From: Gracilinanus agilis
Taxonomy: Eukaryota
Direction: 5' to 3'
Length of the DNA: 64,000 bases
Assembly (NCBI RefSeq): GCF_016433145.1
Contig: NC_058132.1
Location: 7,688,211 to 7,752,210 of the forward strand
Made by a program: the position numbers and the translations under genes
Shown here: positions 48,383 to 64,000 of the stretch, piece after piece
How positions within the stretch are numbered: position 1 is the first letter of the stretch
Layout: each line of letters opens with the position of its first letter
Notes under the pieces: model-generated
What the model saw: only the letters and a program-made list of their open reading frames with translations
What the model was told of the DNA's origin: nothing
Database searches by the model: none

Positions 48383-49115
48383 CTGTGCTGTGTGGGGCCT
48401 GAGGAGGGGCTCAGGCAGCAGCGGCTTCTAGTCAGACACGCGAGAAACTAGCCAGAAGGGTGCTGGCTCAGAAGGGAAATAGGCCATTTGATAAGTAGTG
48501 AGCTCCCTGTCCCTTAGAGGTATGCAGATAGAGCCCTCTCGCACCCTCGTCGTCTCTCTGACTTCGTGTCTCAGCCAGCGGTTACCAGGCCTCTCCTCTA
48601 CGATCCTGCTGAGGCTCCGCGTCCTTCCCTGCGCCTGTGCGTAGATAGATCTCGTCTCCAGAAGACCCTGGAGGACCCGGGTTCGAATCCTACCTCGGAC
48701 CCCGTGATCTGGGGAGCCTCTGACCCTGGAAGTTAGGGGATGCCCCCTGGCTGAGCCTGCAGAGGTGGGAGACGGGCCCTGCTGGAATGGCCAGCCTTCG
48801 GTGGCAGACAGCATAGGCCGAGATGGACGTGTGGATCCAGGGCCGGCCTGGGCACCCCCAGAAGGCAGCCTCGTGGGCGATCTCGCAATAAGAGGTGATA
48901 GTGGCGAGGGAGAGGATGGACGTGAGGCAGAGCCAGCACAAAGGCCCAGAGATGGTAGATGAAGCATCATCTGCATACCTCTAAGGACAGGGAGCTCATT
49001 ACCTATCAAAGTGGCCTATTTCCCTTCTGAGCCGACTCCCTTCTGGCTAGTTTCTCGCATCCCTGACTAGAACCCGCTGCTGCCTGAGCCCCTCATCCGG
49101 CCCCACACAGCACAG
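48383..49115. repeat. Intronic inverted repeat, 147-bp arms (48383-48529 / 48969-49115)
   Basis: Manual alignment gives 13 differences in ~148 columns (~91% identity); 439-bp spacer. Confidence 0.93.
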
Positions 49116-51386
49116 GTCAGCCTGTGGGTCAGCAGAGAAACAGGAAGGGCCCGACTGGGCACAGGGAGCCGCGAGAGCCCACGGGGTGGCTGTGGGGTGG
49201 CTGCAGGGCCGGGGCAGAGGGAGCTCCTGTTAGGGGCACGTCTGGGAATGGGCACGCGGAGCAGACCATCGTTGGCCCCGTGGGAGCGCCTCCTGTGTGC
49301 CCCGCACTGTGCCCGCCACTGGGGACTCCCAGAGGCAAAAAGCACCTCTGAGAACACATGCAGCTGGAGCGAGCTAGAAGCCGGGACGGGGAGACCGAGG
49401 GAGGGAGTGGCCAGGAGACCCTGGAGCAGTCAGTGGAACAGGAGCGAGAGCAGGAAGTATTCAGGAGGAGCCCTCGGCGGGGTCAGGGGTCACAGGGAGG
49501 TACCCAAGGGGGAGGCTTTGAGGAGAGGCCATGGGGCTGCTCCCCGAGAACACAGCGACGGCTGAGGAGGGGGAGGCACCATCGGCCTCAGGACCTCAGC
49601 TGGGAGGGGAAGCAAAGATCCCGGATGATGGACATCCTGGGGAGGCTCAGCGATCGCGGAGCCTTGGGCACGTCCATAGGCAGCAGGGAAGGCCCAGGAG
49701 GGGGTGAGGGCCGCGGTCGGGATGGTCTGCCAGAGGAGGCAGGAGGAACGGGCCAGAGGCTCGTGTTGGGGACTTGCTGCCTCTTCATCCAAGACAAGAG
49801 GAGCAACCATGGGACGTGAGCAGAGAAGACTCGGCGAATGGCCGCCCAGCGGGGCTGCGGAGCACGGAAGACTTGAGGAGCCTCCGCCGGGCCTGGTGGG
49901 CCAAAGATGAGGGAAGGGCCAAAGGACTGCTGCGAGGGCCCAGCTAGGATGCACGGCCTCCAGGTGGAGGAATCCAGGCCGGGGCTTTGCAGGAGGAGGT
50001 CGGCTCTGTGGGGCAGGCCAGCGTCTGCCCATTTCGAGGTGTGAAAGCTGACTGCGGCCCCAGCCCTTCAGTACGGTGTCCCGCAGAGAGAGAGCGCAGG
50101 GCTGAGCTGGTCCGCCAAGCTCGAGGTTGGGCAGGGAGGTGAGGGCCTCCGGGGGAGGGATGGAGGTGGCCGCGGACACTAGAAAACGGCTCTGAATGCA
50201 CGGGGAGCTCATCCCCTGGGCTCCCAGAGGAGGCAGGCTTGCCGGTGCTGCCTCGGGGCTGGACGAAGATGGGAAAAGGGGATGAAAGGCAGAAGCTCCG
50301 GGAGGATTGCCAGGAAGCACAGGCGGAAATGCCGACCAGGAGAGGGATGCTCGGCCCGAGTCGGGGCACAGCAAGGTGGCCCCCCGTGCCAGCGTGTGCA
50401 GAAGGAGCGGGTGGCTGGGACGGCCCCCCGGGCTACCATGAGCCCCGCACCAGGAGGGGCTGCAGGAGCAGATGAGGAAAATGTCTCTAAGAGGCTTCAG
50501 GGAATGGCCGGAGGGCAGGCTGTGCCGGGGCCTCTGGGGCGCCAGCATGAGGCGGCTCCACTGGGGAATGCCAGAAAGAACCCAGCGAGGCTCCAGCGAA
50601 GCCCTCGGCCCAGTCCGCTCACCCTGGACCGGCGTTTGTTCGGTTGGGCCCAGGCGGGCGAGGGTGCGGCCAGGCTGCCCAGAGTGGTGCAGTGGCTCAG
50701 GGGGAGCCCCAGACAGCCTCCGTGGCCCTGGAGCGCTCGTGTCGGGCTGTGGCCGCACTCGCCACGTCGCGGATGGCCAGATCTGGAGGACGGACTCGGG
50801 ACCCCGCAGGGTCTGGGTGGGCCGCATCCGAGGAGACCACGAATGGCGCTCGATGTGCCCTCCTGCCTCCCGATACCAAAGCTTGGCTGTCGTGGGTCCC
50901 GCCGCACCCACGAGGTCCCCTCCTGTCCCCCGGCCCAAGATGGCCGTGATCCTCTACGGGAAGAGGCAGCACCCCAGCCGGACGTGAGGACAGGAGGCCC
51001 GAGAGGCAGAGGGGAGCCGGAGTGGGTGGGGCCCTGAATGCCAGGGTCAGGAGTTTGTTTCCCCTGATGTTCTCTGAGTTTGGGGCAGAAAGTTAAAAAA
51101 ATGATTTGGGCAGCCTGTCCTGGATGGCTTGGAGGAGAGGCTGGAGGGAGGGAGGCCTCTTCAGAGGCTGTGACAGCTCGGGATGCAGGCGGCCCACGGG
51201 CCGGGGTGCCAGCCCCCGCCTCCCCCGGCACACTCCGCGGGGCAGCCAGACTGGCCTTCTCACGCTTCTCCCACGCAGCCTCCGTCTCCGGTCTCCCACG
51301 GCCCTCCCCCAGCGGCAGGACGGAGTCCCTTTGGGCCTCACGGGTGCTCGGCCATCGCTGGGAGGGACCTAAGCCTCGCCGAGTGA

Positions 51387-51953
<567 letters not shown>

Positions 51954-53431
51954 TAAATGTTGCCTGGCTGACTGATCGAGGACTGAAGAGGGGGGACAAC
52001 CCGATGGTCAGTCGGTCAGTCGGCCAGCGTTTAAGGCAGTCCCTGCCCTCAAGGAGCTCCCTGTCTAACAGGGGAGACAATGAAGGGGGGCACCAGAATT
52101 CGGGGGGGGGGCCTTAGAGGAAGCCGGGAAGCTCAGTGGTCAGAGCTAAGGAGGCCAGCCAGAGGACTGCCCCGAGCCCAGAGAAATGGCGTGTTCTGGG
52201 ATCAGCAGGTGGCGGCAGCTTCAGAGGGGCCCTGAATGCCAGCAGCATTTTGTCTTTGCTCTGGAGGCCGCCGGGAGCCGCTGGACGTTACCGAGTCGGG
52301 GTGACACGGTCAGAGCTGCCCTCTAGGGACGCCCCTTTGGGGGCCCAGCGGAGGGAAAGCCCGGAGGCAGGCGGGCCCGGCAGCCCTGCCGCAGGCCAGG
52401 CGTCGTGGGTGACGGGGTCTGGGCCGGAGCGATGACGCTCAGAGGAGAGAAGGGCCGAGTCTGAGAGACGGGTCTTGCGCCATCTTGGATATGGGAGAGG
52501 GAGAGGGGGAGGCCGGGATGGCTGCCCCTGGCTGCGGAGCCCGAGGCCCGGGAAGTTCTAGGGAAAGCGGCAGCGAGGGAGAACCGTGTCTGCCACACAT
52601 CCAGCCTGAGAAGGCGTTGGAGGTCAGGAGGGAGGCCGGGGCAAGATGGGCCATCCGAGTAAGTGTGGACAGGAGCTGAGGAGTCTCGTCTGGAGGGAAG
52701 AGAGGAGGGCCTGGACCGGGCTGGGAGGGCGCCCTGGGAGGAGGAGGGGAGGCGGAGGAAGATCCTGCAGAGACTGAGATGGAACCTTCAGAGAGGCAGG
52801 AAGGGAGGCAGGAAGGGAGGGGACCCCACTTAGCAGGCCAGGAGAGACAGTGTAGACTGCCGAGGACTGGAGAGCGTTGAGGGTGGGAGCTGGCCGGAGG
52901 GGGAAGAAGGCAGGGAGAGGAGGCAGAGGAGTTTGGGGAGTTTGGCCACGAGGAGCAGAAGGGCCACATCAGCAAGGCTGGGCGTTTCTGAGGGATAGAG
53001 AAGAGGCGGGCGTGTGTGTAGGCAGAATGGAGTGAGCCAGGCAAGGAGAGGTTGAAAACAGGTGAGAAAGGGGTGGGTGGGTGGCTCCGGGCCTAGAGGG
53101 CCTACGGACAGGAGGTCCTGGGTTCCGATCTGACCTCAGACACTTCTTAGCTGTGCCCACTGGGCAAACCACCAGCCCCTACCCTTCTGCCTTTTTTCAA
53201 CACTTACCTTTTGTCATGGAATAAATAGTATCGTTTCTAAGGCAGAAGAATGGCAAGGGCTAGACAACTGGGGTGAAGTGACTTGCCCAGGGTCACCCTG
53301 CTGAGAGGCGTCTGGCCAGATTGGAAGCCAGGACTTCCTGATTCTAGGCCTAGCTCTCTAGCCACTGAACTGCCTAGTTGCCCCTCCTATCTGATGCTAA
53401 AACAGAAGGTTTTGGTTTTGGTTTTTTCTGA

Positions 53432-55445
<2,014 letters not shown>

Positions 55446-57859
55446 CTGAAGGAAAATCTTACCAGACATTGGAGGCTACATCCTGGAGATAATCCAGTTT
55501 GGGGGAAAGCCCATTTCCGACCATTCACTTGGATAAATTCCCTCCCCACCAGATCGCCCATCTCTGGACCGCTTTGTTTCTAGGGATGCCGTAAGAGAAA
55601 ATGGTTTCTGCCCCAACCCTCCCCCCAGCTCCATTCCCTCCATGCCGACCCATCTGCTGCCATACAGTTTCTTCAGATTGAGGGTGGGGAGGCTGCTCAT
55701 CCGTGACAAATCCTTTTTCAGAACCACAGTAGAAAATTATTTCTTGAGCCCGCTACAGCGAGAGTATCATGAAAGACAAACCTTGAGAACACGAGTAGCC
55801 AGCCACAAGCGATCTCTCCAGGATCCAGTGTTTATGTCCACCACAGAGGGAGATCTGAGGGAGCAGATTTCACGTCCCCACCGGGATCTGAACAACACCC
55901 CTGCCCCAACGTGTGTGGCAGGGAGAGCCCTGCGCCTGCGTGTTCTCCCGTGGTCTTCATTCATGTTTCTGGTACTTGAATTTCACTTTGCTGTCTTGTG
56001 TACCTTCCTCTTCTCGTGTCTCCCTTTCTTAAAAAAATACTTTCCTTTTCCAGTGTAGTTATCATTATTATTCCACACTTCCATGGGTTGTTCCCATGCC
56101 TGTGTTATTCGTTGCGGCAAGTGCACCAAGTAAAATCCGTCATTTGCTGTGCCCTTGACAGCCAGTGGGCCTCCTCTGCATCTGGCATGCTGCCTCTAAC
56201 TTGGTTTCCTCAGTGACACTCATCACATTCCTCTTCTCATTCAAATATGTCCTTGTTCCTCAGGCCAGTCTGGGGAATGCCAGAACCCAACTTCTTGCAC
56301 AAGAAGTTTCCAGATAGCCAGCCATCCTCCCACCAGATTGTTGGCTCCCTGGCGTCAGCCATTTGTGGCCATGCCGAAAGGAAATACCCCAGCCCCACCC
56401 ACCCCCCGCCGCCCCTAGAAGCCACGATCCTTTCCCCCACTTAAGGTCTTTAAGCAAGAAGTAGGAAGATCCTTTAGTCGGTTGCCAGATCAGGTAGAGG
56501 TTAGATTAGATGTCCTCTGAAGGCCTTTCAGCTGCGGGATTCTGGAGTCCATTCATGTTGGCCACTGAGGTCCTAGGTTGACCCTTACCTTCCAGCTCCA
56601 TTTCTCCTTTTCTTTCATAGGTTTATGAAATTTTGCACCAGAAGAGACCTAAGGAGTCATCTATTCCACTCCTCTCATCTTACAGATGAGGAAACCAAGG
56701 CCAAGAGAAATGATTTGCCCAAGGTCATACACGCAGTCAAGGGCAAAGCCAGGATTCTAACCCAGGTCCCCCGATTCCAAACCCAGCACCCAACCTCTGA
56801 GCCATGTTCCTTCCGGCCATGTTTTCCAAAATATTTCTTCACGGCCACATGCCATGTAAGAAGCAAGCTTCCTTCTTGGCCATGTTGTCTCGTGCCCTTG
56901 GGACTGACGTATATTTAGGGATTCCCACTGGGTGGGTGGAGGGTGGAGGGTAGGGCCCCTTTCTCACTGGTGGAATTTGGCTTCAGTGTTCCCTACAATG
57001 TGGATTCTTCAGAGATGATATTTCTGGCCGCTTTGTGGCCAAAGCAAGCATTTAAGCTTCAGCTTCCATATTTGATCTTCCAGTAAATAGACTGAATTTC
57101 TTTAAGTATTAACTGATTTGATCTCTTTGCTGTCGAAGGGACTCAAGACTCTTCTCAAGCACCACAATTTGAAAGTGTCAATTTGGCAGTGCTCAGCCTT
57201 TCGTGTAGTCCAACGCTCCCAGCCGTACGTCGCTCCTGGAAAAACCCTCTCTCAGAGGCCATTGAATCCAATTCATTTCATTTTACAGGTGAGAAAACTG
57301 AGACCTAGAAGCAGGCGGCAAGTTGCCCAAGGTCCCTTAGCTCCTTACAGGTAATCTAGCTCAAAGCCTCCTCATGTTACAGAGATGAAAGCAGAGCTCA
57401 AAAAAGGACGGGAACGATGGCCATCCAGTGAGTCTTCAAGTCCTATGACCCTCTGACCTCAGGTCTTCTGGCACCTCAGAGCCTTGTACCTTGCTTGTAC
57501 CTTCATACTTTCCTTTGTTTCAGGCCTTGCCCTCCCTTCTTAGCCCCTTGAAGACTCTTCTGCCGATAGAATGTCTGAGCCGTAAAGGAACTGACTGGCA
57601 ATTTAGTCCAACTCCACCCCATCCCTGGGCACTGCCACCGCCACCCTTTGTAGTTGGGGAAACTGAAGTCCAGAGAAGAAAAAGAGACAAGCCCAGGGTT
57701 ACATGGCGATTTAAAAGATGTTCTAGAAATGAACTCACAAAATTTCAGAGTTGGAAAGGACCCCGGGAGATTTAGACCAGCGAACAGGAATCTCTGACCT
57801 GTGGCCAAATAGACTGTCCTTAAAGACTTCCAATGAAGGGGAGGGTCTAATCCTTACGT

Positions 57860-60700
57860 GTACCCCTTTACAATTCCTCCCATCATTCCTGGTTCTTAGC
57901 TCAGTGGCCAAGCCAAACAAGTCTCTCTACCCTATTAAGAAACTTCCAAGTACCTGAAAGCAGCCATCCTAAACCTTCTCCAGATTAAACATTCCCAATT
58001 CCTTCAGCTGATCGGCATGGGCTCGAGCCTCCTCACCATTCTGGTCATTGTCTTCTGGACACTCTCCAGTTCATCCATATCCTCCTTATCTGTGGGGCTT
58101 GGGAGCGAACACAGATCCGGAAAGAATGGAACTCTCACCTCCAGATTCTCAGAATGCAGCCCAGGATTGTCCTGGTTATTTTGGCCCCTCATCATAGTGC
58201 TGACTCATTTCAAGGCTGCCGGCCATGAAAGTCCCCAGATGTTTTTCAGACAACTGGCTCTCTAGCCATACTTGGCCCGTCTTGGACCCGTGAAGTCAAT
58301 TTTAGGGACTCAAATAGAACACCTTTAAATGTATCTCTAAATTTCGGCTTATTTGATCCAGCCCAGTGAACCAGCCTGTCGAGACCTTTTGGGACTGTGA
58401 TCTCGCCATCCAGCGGATTAGCTCCTGATCTCTCCAGCTTCTCTCACCTCCCTCCATATTTGAGAAGGATGATGATATTTCAATATAGCTAACTACACGT
58501 CACAGCTCCGAGCACAGATCCCTGGGGCGCTCCACTGGGGAGACCTTTTAAATCCACACCGAACTGTGAAAGGCTGTTCTTTGAGTCCCTCCATTCATTC
58601 AACCATTTTGGAAGGAACCCAATAGTACTGCTGCATAGCTCACGTCGCCATCTTTTCCCCCAAGAATAGAATGCAATGTTTTGTTAGCTGCAATTCAGAT
58701 AGGCTCTGTCTATCAGTTTAGAAACCCTGTCCTAGAAGGAGATAAATCTGGCATTACCAAGCTTTGGAAAACCATGCTGGATCTGGGTAAACATTGTTTC
58801 CCAGGCATTAGTCATCTTTTCAATACTTTGTTCTAAAGTTTTTTTTTCTTTTTTTTTAAACCTGTAACTTCTATGTATTGGCTCCTTGGTGGAAGAGTGG
58901 TAAGGGTGGGCAATGGGGGTCAAGTGACTTGCCCAGGGTCACACAGCTGGGAAGTGTCTGAGGCCAGATTTGAACCTAGGACCTCCCATCTCTAGGTCTG
59001 GCTCTCAATCCACTGAGCTACCCAGCTGCCTCTTTTGTTCTAAAGTTTTGCTAATAGTTTGCAGATTCCATTCTCTTTTTTTCTGAAAACCAGGATATTT
59101 TACCTTTTTCCAATCCTGTAATAGTAGAAACAATAATAATAGCTAGCATTGATACAGCACTTGAATTACAAAGTACTTTACAAATATCTCATTTTATCCT
59201 CACAATCCTGGGGAGTAGGTGTTATTAGTGTTCCCATTTTTATGGATGAGGCAGAAAGAGAGGTTAAGTGATTTGCCCAGAATCACAGAGTTAGGACTGA
59301 ATTTGGATTTGAACCCAGGTCTCCTGTTCAAGGTCTAGTGCTCTGTCCAGTATGTCACAGAGCTTGTATCTCTTCCATTGACTATAATTTTTCAACTATC
59401 ACTCACAGTGACTTGGGTAATCACATGGGATCATAGATGTAGGGCTGGAATAGAGGCCATCTAGTCCAACTCCTTTGTTTTACAGATGGGGAACACAGTC
59501 TGGAAGGATTGAGTTATTCAATTACACGGCTAGTATTCTGCATACCTGGGATTCGAACCCAGGTCCTCAGATTTCAGACCTTTGGATTAAGTGACTTGAA
59601 TTTATCAAGAGTGGGTAGGTACCTTTTTACCATCTTCTTCCTTATCCCAGTATCAGCTCCATTAGCCATTTTGGTTCTGTCCTCTCCAGGTCAAGGACCA
59701 TTGTCCAGGGGCATCTGGATGGGCACAGCCTATAGAGTGCCAGGCCTGGAATAAGGAGGACCTGGGTTCAAATCTGACACTTCCTCACTGTGTCCCTGGG
59801 CAAGTCACTTAACCCCCTTAAGTTTCTTAGTTATTACTAAGACAGAAATTAAAGACTAAATTAAAAAAAAAATTAAAGACCATTGTCCTTAGCAGAGCAA
59901 ACATTCAAAAAAGCCATCATTCACACTAAGCAGCAATTCTCTCCCTTCTGTCCTCCAACATCCTTTTGGTTGTCCTCAGCCTCCCTTGCCAGCCCCGGCT
60001 CATTCTGGGCTTTAGCATCAATGATTCAATTCTTGCAGGCCTTCCCTGGTATGTGCTCTTCTTTCTTCCATACACTCAAACTCATACTGAAAATCGAGTC
60101 CCCGGTGTATCCAAATCAGTCTGCTCAGAAAATGGCTTTTCTTCATCTTCATGACTGGTTCTCTGTGTCTTCGGAATTTTATTTTTGAATTTCCCATCCC
60201 TCCCAGGTGGATTCCCCCAGCAGAATTTTATTCCATCAGTTTGACCTAGCTTTCCCTTGAGCCCTTTAGATCTAATCTCTCCAGGTCTTTCTTGGCATGC
60301 CCCGCCTTCTCCTCCATCACAGACCCCTGGAAAGCACAGCCAAAAGCAGGCAATCCTTTGTTGTTCCCTGTTATAAGAATTTAGAATTCCCTCTTGCTGA
60401 ATCCTCCATTTTCTGAAGAGTGAGATTACCATTGAGGCAAATCATTAGCTTCTCTACATTTAACAGAGGAAGACCTCGGACAGATGTCTCAAAAACTGTA
60501 GTCTCCTGTTGCTGCTGCATTATTCTTTTCTGCCAGGTGTGTGCCATTTCTTCTTTCTGTAGTATATCCTAGTGGCTAAATTGCCGCTGTGCCCTCCTTT
60601 GATCTTCACCCAAACTCTCTCCACAGCCCATTGTCCTCTCTAGTTCCTGGCTTTCCTCTCGTGAATACTAGACAGCACTTAATGCTTTCCTTGTCATCTC
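57860..60700 (-). mobile_element. Old CR1/L3 fragments with interspersed MIR/L2/SINE
   Basis: ttccttcagctgatc...ctctggacactctccagt...actcatttcaaggctgcc 3' CR1 pattern, same as at ~31.9 kb. Confidence 0.55.
58843..59032 (-). mobile_element. Young SINE1_Mdo-like SINE
   Basis: 16-bp TSD TTTGTTCTAAAGTTTT at 58827 and 59034. Confidence 0.93.
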
Positions 60701-61299
60701 GGTGGATCCATCCTGTTTCCTTCGAATAAGGCTTTACCCATAAAGCACCACATTCCAGGCATGGGTCTCATTTGATAGCTATGAGGTCCGACACGGATAC
60801 CCTTCTACGAGGACCCCTTGTTTGCTGCTTGTCCTTCTGTATGTATACATTTGTGGCCATGGGTCTTACTATTGGTTCCTGTCGTGGGTTTTTGTCTCCT
60901 CTGAACCTCAACTGCTACTAACTTGTTTCTCTAGTTAAGGGCTATATGTTGAGATGAGAGCTCTCTCCTTCCCTCCTCCTTTTCCCTTCAGCTCCCTTTA
61001 GAATCAGTGAGCAAGTCACCAGGCAAATACATTGGGGATTTTAAGCGCTGGTCCAAACTTTTCATTCCCCTGTTCAGGGACTGCTGGGGCACCCATGCGG
61101 GAGGCCGGCCTTCTTTGCACCCTCAGTAGTAACCCTCCAAATCCAAGAGGTGCCCCCAATCTTGGGGCACTTTTAAGCTTTAGCAGCTCCTGGTCCTACA
61201 ACTGGTTCTCCAATTTCTGTAACTCCAGAGGCTCCAGGGGCAGCCTCAGGCACCTCCTGGACAACTCGCCTCATCTCCGTCTCCCTCAGTTTCCTCATC

Positions 61300-62400
61300 T
61301 GTAAAATGGGGTGGCTATAGCCCCTCCCTCCCCGGCGGATCTTAGAGCCTTAGCGAGGGGCACGCCTTTAGCCCCTGGCTGAGGGTTGGAATAACCCACG
61401 GGCTGGGGAGGTCCAAGCATCGAAGCGCCGGGCAGGCCGCTGCTTCCCTCAGCAGCTCTCGGGACAGGCTGGCCCTCGGCCCCCAACACTCCGCGGGCAC
61501 ACGAGTCCTCGGCTCTGTGATGCTCCCAGGGCAGGGGCCTGTAGCGGAGAAAAGAGCCCTGCGCCTTCCCCTGGGCCCTGCTGCCCGCCCTCTCTCCGGC
61601 CTCCTCCTCCTCCCTCCCCCGCGCATTTATTAAGCGCCTATGGTGTGCGGGGCCGCAGGCCAGAGAGTCAAGGCTGACCCTCCGGGGCCGCCTCTCCCAC
61701 CCTGATTCACGGACGTCCCCACAGGGCACGCTAAGTTCCAGGACCGCGCCGCAGATTCACGCAGTGCCCGAAGGCCTTCCCAAGGGAGTCCCACAAGCGT
61801 AATGAGGCTCCCCCAGCCCAGCCCCTCATCGTAGGACCGGGGAGGGTGCTCGGGGACCGCCCGTCTGACCGAGAAACCCAGCCTCAGGATGGAAAGGAGG
61901 GGCAGGGGAGGCGCCTCCGCATGGTGTCCTCATTGGCTGCCGCCCGCGCGTCCAGGAGGTTGCCATAGAGACCCCCGAAGCCGGAAGTACCCCAGTAGGG
62001 ATATGCGCACTGGTGAGCTCCTGTTGCCATGGAGACGGCCCCCTCCCAGACCGCCACCGGTTGTCCTGGAGAAGGAGACGCCTAGCGTTAGTCACGGTCC
62101 CAAGAAGCTCGAGAGCAGGGTGGGCTCGGTGCGCAAGCGCAATGGTGATGCTTCCGCGCCTCAGCCGAAGGGGGACCAATCCCAGGGGAGGATCTATTAG
62201 GCCCGCCCCTCGCGCTGCCCTCGCCTCCCGTGCCGCAATCGACCAATCAGGAGAGTCTATCGTGGTGGTGACGTCACCAGGGAGCCACCTCCTTGGGCAA
62301 GCCCCTCTCGGCCCCTCCCCCTCGCACCCCGCCCCCCCCAGCAGGAAGGGTGCTTGGAGATCCCTGGGATCCCAATCCATTTGGCAGGCGGGGAAACTGA
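61300..62400. promoter_or_regulatory. CpG-island promoter with two RFX X-boxes, CRE, CCAAT, ETS and NRF1-like sites (target gene not identified)
   Basis: GTTGCCATAGAGAC 61959-72, GTTGCCATGGAGAC 62022-35, CCGGAAGT 61981-88, TGCGCAAGCGCA 62130-41, CCAAT 62176 and 62243, TGACGTCA 62269-76; + strand donor CTG|GTGAGC at 62011/2. Confidence 0.75.
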
Positions 62401-64000
62401 GTCCCAGAGAGGGTCACCCAGCAGGCCCCGCGGTCTGGACCTGGCTGACCTCCTTCGGACCCGACCTAGAGAGGGTAAGCGAGCGCCCTGGGGCCAAGGA
62501 GCACAGCCAGCCTCAGTGGTGGTGGTAGTGGTGGTGGTGAGGAGCCGTTCCCAGAGGGGAAGGGGAGAGTCTGGGAGGTGCTTAGAGATCGCTGGCTGGA
62601 GAGTGGGAAGGAGGTGCTTAGAGATCCTCCTGCCTCACTTACCGCAGTGGCCTCGGACACGAATCCCAAAGGGTTCTGTGTGGAGGGGGGAGTTCCCCAA
62701 GCTGAGGCTCCCAAGGACGGACCCCTCGAGCCCAGAGAGAGAAGATGGGGGGGGGTGACTGGCGGGAAACCTTTACTGTATTTGTCAGGCCCCTGAGCAG
62801 CGCGGGGGGCCTCCCTGCAGAGGGGACGCCTGCCCTGGTGAAGGGGGGCGGGATGCCCTCTGAGGATCCCTATCGAGGGAGGGCTGTGCCCCATCTCATC
62901 CTCGGAGCCCCTGCCAGGAGAGCTGAGGACCCAGGGAGCATCTCCCACTCTTCCCTGCCATTCCTCCCGGCTTGCCAGCAGGTCAGGTTAGCAGCACAGA
63001 CGGTGCCAGGGAGCTGGGCTTGCCCTTCCAGCTGCTGCTGGTTCTCTCAGGCAGGAGCAGAGTCTCTGGCGGGCAGAGGGGAAAGGCAGGCAGGCCTCAG
63101 GGGCCAGAGGTGGCCAGGACGGGCGCCTGGTGCCTGCCAGCCGGCCTGACTTGGCTCCTGGGGCCTGAGGCAGGGGGCTCTTAGAGGCAGGCCGGGCATC
63201 CTCAGAGCCACTCACACCAGAGGGAGCTCCCTGCCTCTCTTCCTCCCCAGGGTCAGGCCCAGCCACTGCCGGGGTCTCTTGCCCCACAGGAGGGTCCAGA
63301 GAAGGCGGCAGGACAATGACCCAGATTTGGGCCCAAAGGGCAGATGGAGGTCCCCCCCGCCCATGAAGGATTGTGGGGATCTGTGAGGCCCCGCTGACTC
63401 TTTGCAGATTTGCCAGTGACAAAGCTGGGTTCCCTCCCTGGGAGACCTAGAACAAAGCTGGAACCCTGGCTCAAACCTGCTTCCCAAGTGTCTGACATGG
63501 GAGTGAATAGTGGGGTTCCTGGGTGCAGATGAGGAGAGGCAGGGCCAGAGGTGGCCCTTCCTATGGAGGCTGACCAGAAACTTGGCCGGGTCTCGAGGAC
63601 GTTGAGTCACATAGAAGGAATGGAGTCTGGGGCTGGTGTGCCTGCTCAGATGACAGGGGGTCGCCGAAGCTCTGATCTGGGGTTCCTCTTCCGGGAGGGA
63701 CATGGGTAAGCAGAGCAATGGCCAGCCAGAGGCCGCCAAGATGTCAGAGGGCCAAAAGGCCTTCCCTGCCTCTCCATCCCTGCCCCATGTCCAAAGGCTT
63801 CTCCACCCTGCTGCTCTGCGCTCAGGCTCAAACGTCCATTCCACCTCTGGTGGTCCAGGCTCCAAGGTCCCTGGGAGTTCCCTCCTGGCCTTGGCCATCC
63901 CTTCTGTGGCCTCTCCCTGCTCCAGGGACTCCATAATCTCTGACTTGCTTCCTGGCTCTGGGCCACAGCCACACCACCGGTAAGGGTCAAAGGTCCCTCC

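Noticed and set aside
48675-48700. GGTTCGAATCC B-box suggesting a tRNA gene
   Set aside because: No cloverleaf or A-box context; it is a SINE/MIR head remnant.
49490-50938. 482-aa minus-strand ORF, plus other long ORFs at 44601..45731, 46988..48070, 50282..51037 and 14236..14988
   Set aside because: Very GC-rich, stop-poor sequence with ORFs open in several frames at once, Pro/Gly/Arg/Ala-rich, and no recognisable domain.
62950-64000. Candidate exons (minus 63446..63216; + strand donors near 63705 and 63980)
   Set aside because: Splice-like sites exist on both strands, but no translation resembles a known protein and no consistent model emerges.

Overview
Marsupial genomic DNA, most likely a didelphid opossum. 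This is inferred from abundant SINE1_Mdo-type and MAR1-type SINEs, MIR, L1, L2, CR1/L3, ERV solo LTRs and hAT MITEs. The window is part of an unusually GC/CpG-rich KRAB-zinc-finger cluster with two reconstructable + strand genes. Gene 1 (promoter ~14.3 kb; CDS 21228..30207; ~858 aa) has a classic KRAB-ZNF leader, KRAB-A and KRAB-B exons. These splice through a 137-nt phase-converting exon into an intact 725-codon hAT transposase exon. That exon is closely related to the transposase part of human KIAA1586, which carries a ZNF451-derived SUMO-E3 module instead of KRAB. This KRAB-hAT fusion is the main finding. Gene 2 (promoter ~44.3 kb; CDS 48105..55327; ~642 aa) is a conventional KRAB-C2H2 gene with 13 complete fingers and probably 16 in total. 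A third CpG-island promoter with paired RFX X-boxes lies at ~62 kb. Other notable items are a 10-copy NRF1-motif array, a 147-bp intronic inverted repeat, a decayed Tigger transposase, and signs of strong AT-to-GC substitution bias. Comparisons with human proteins are from memory and need alignment.
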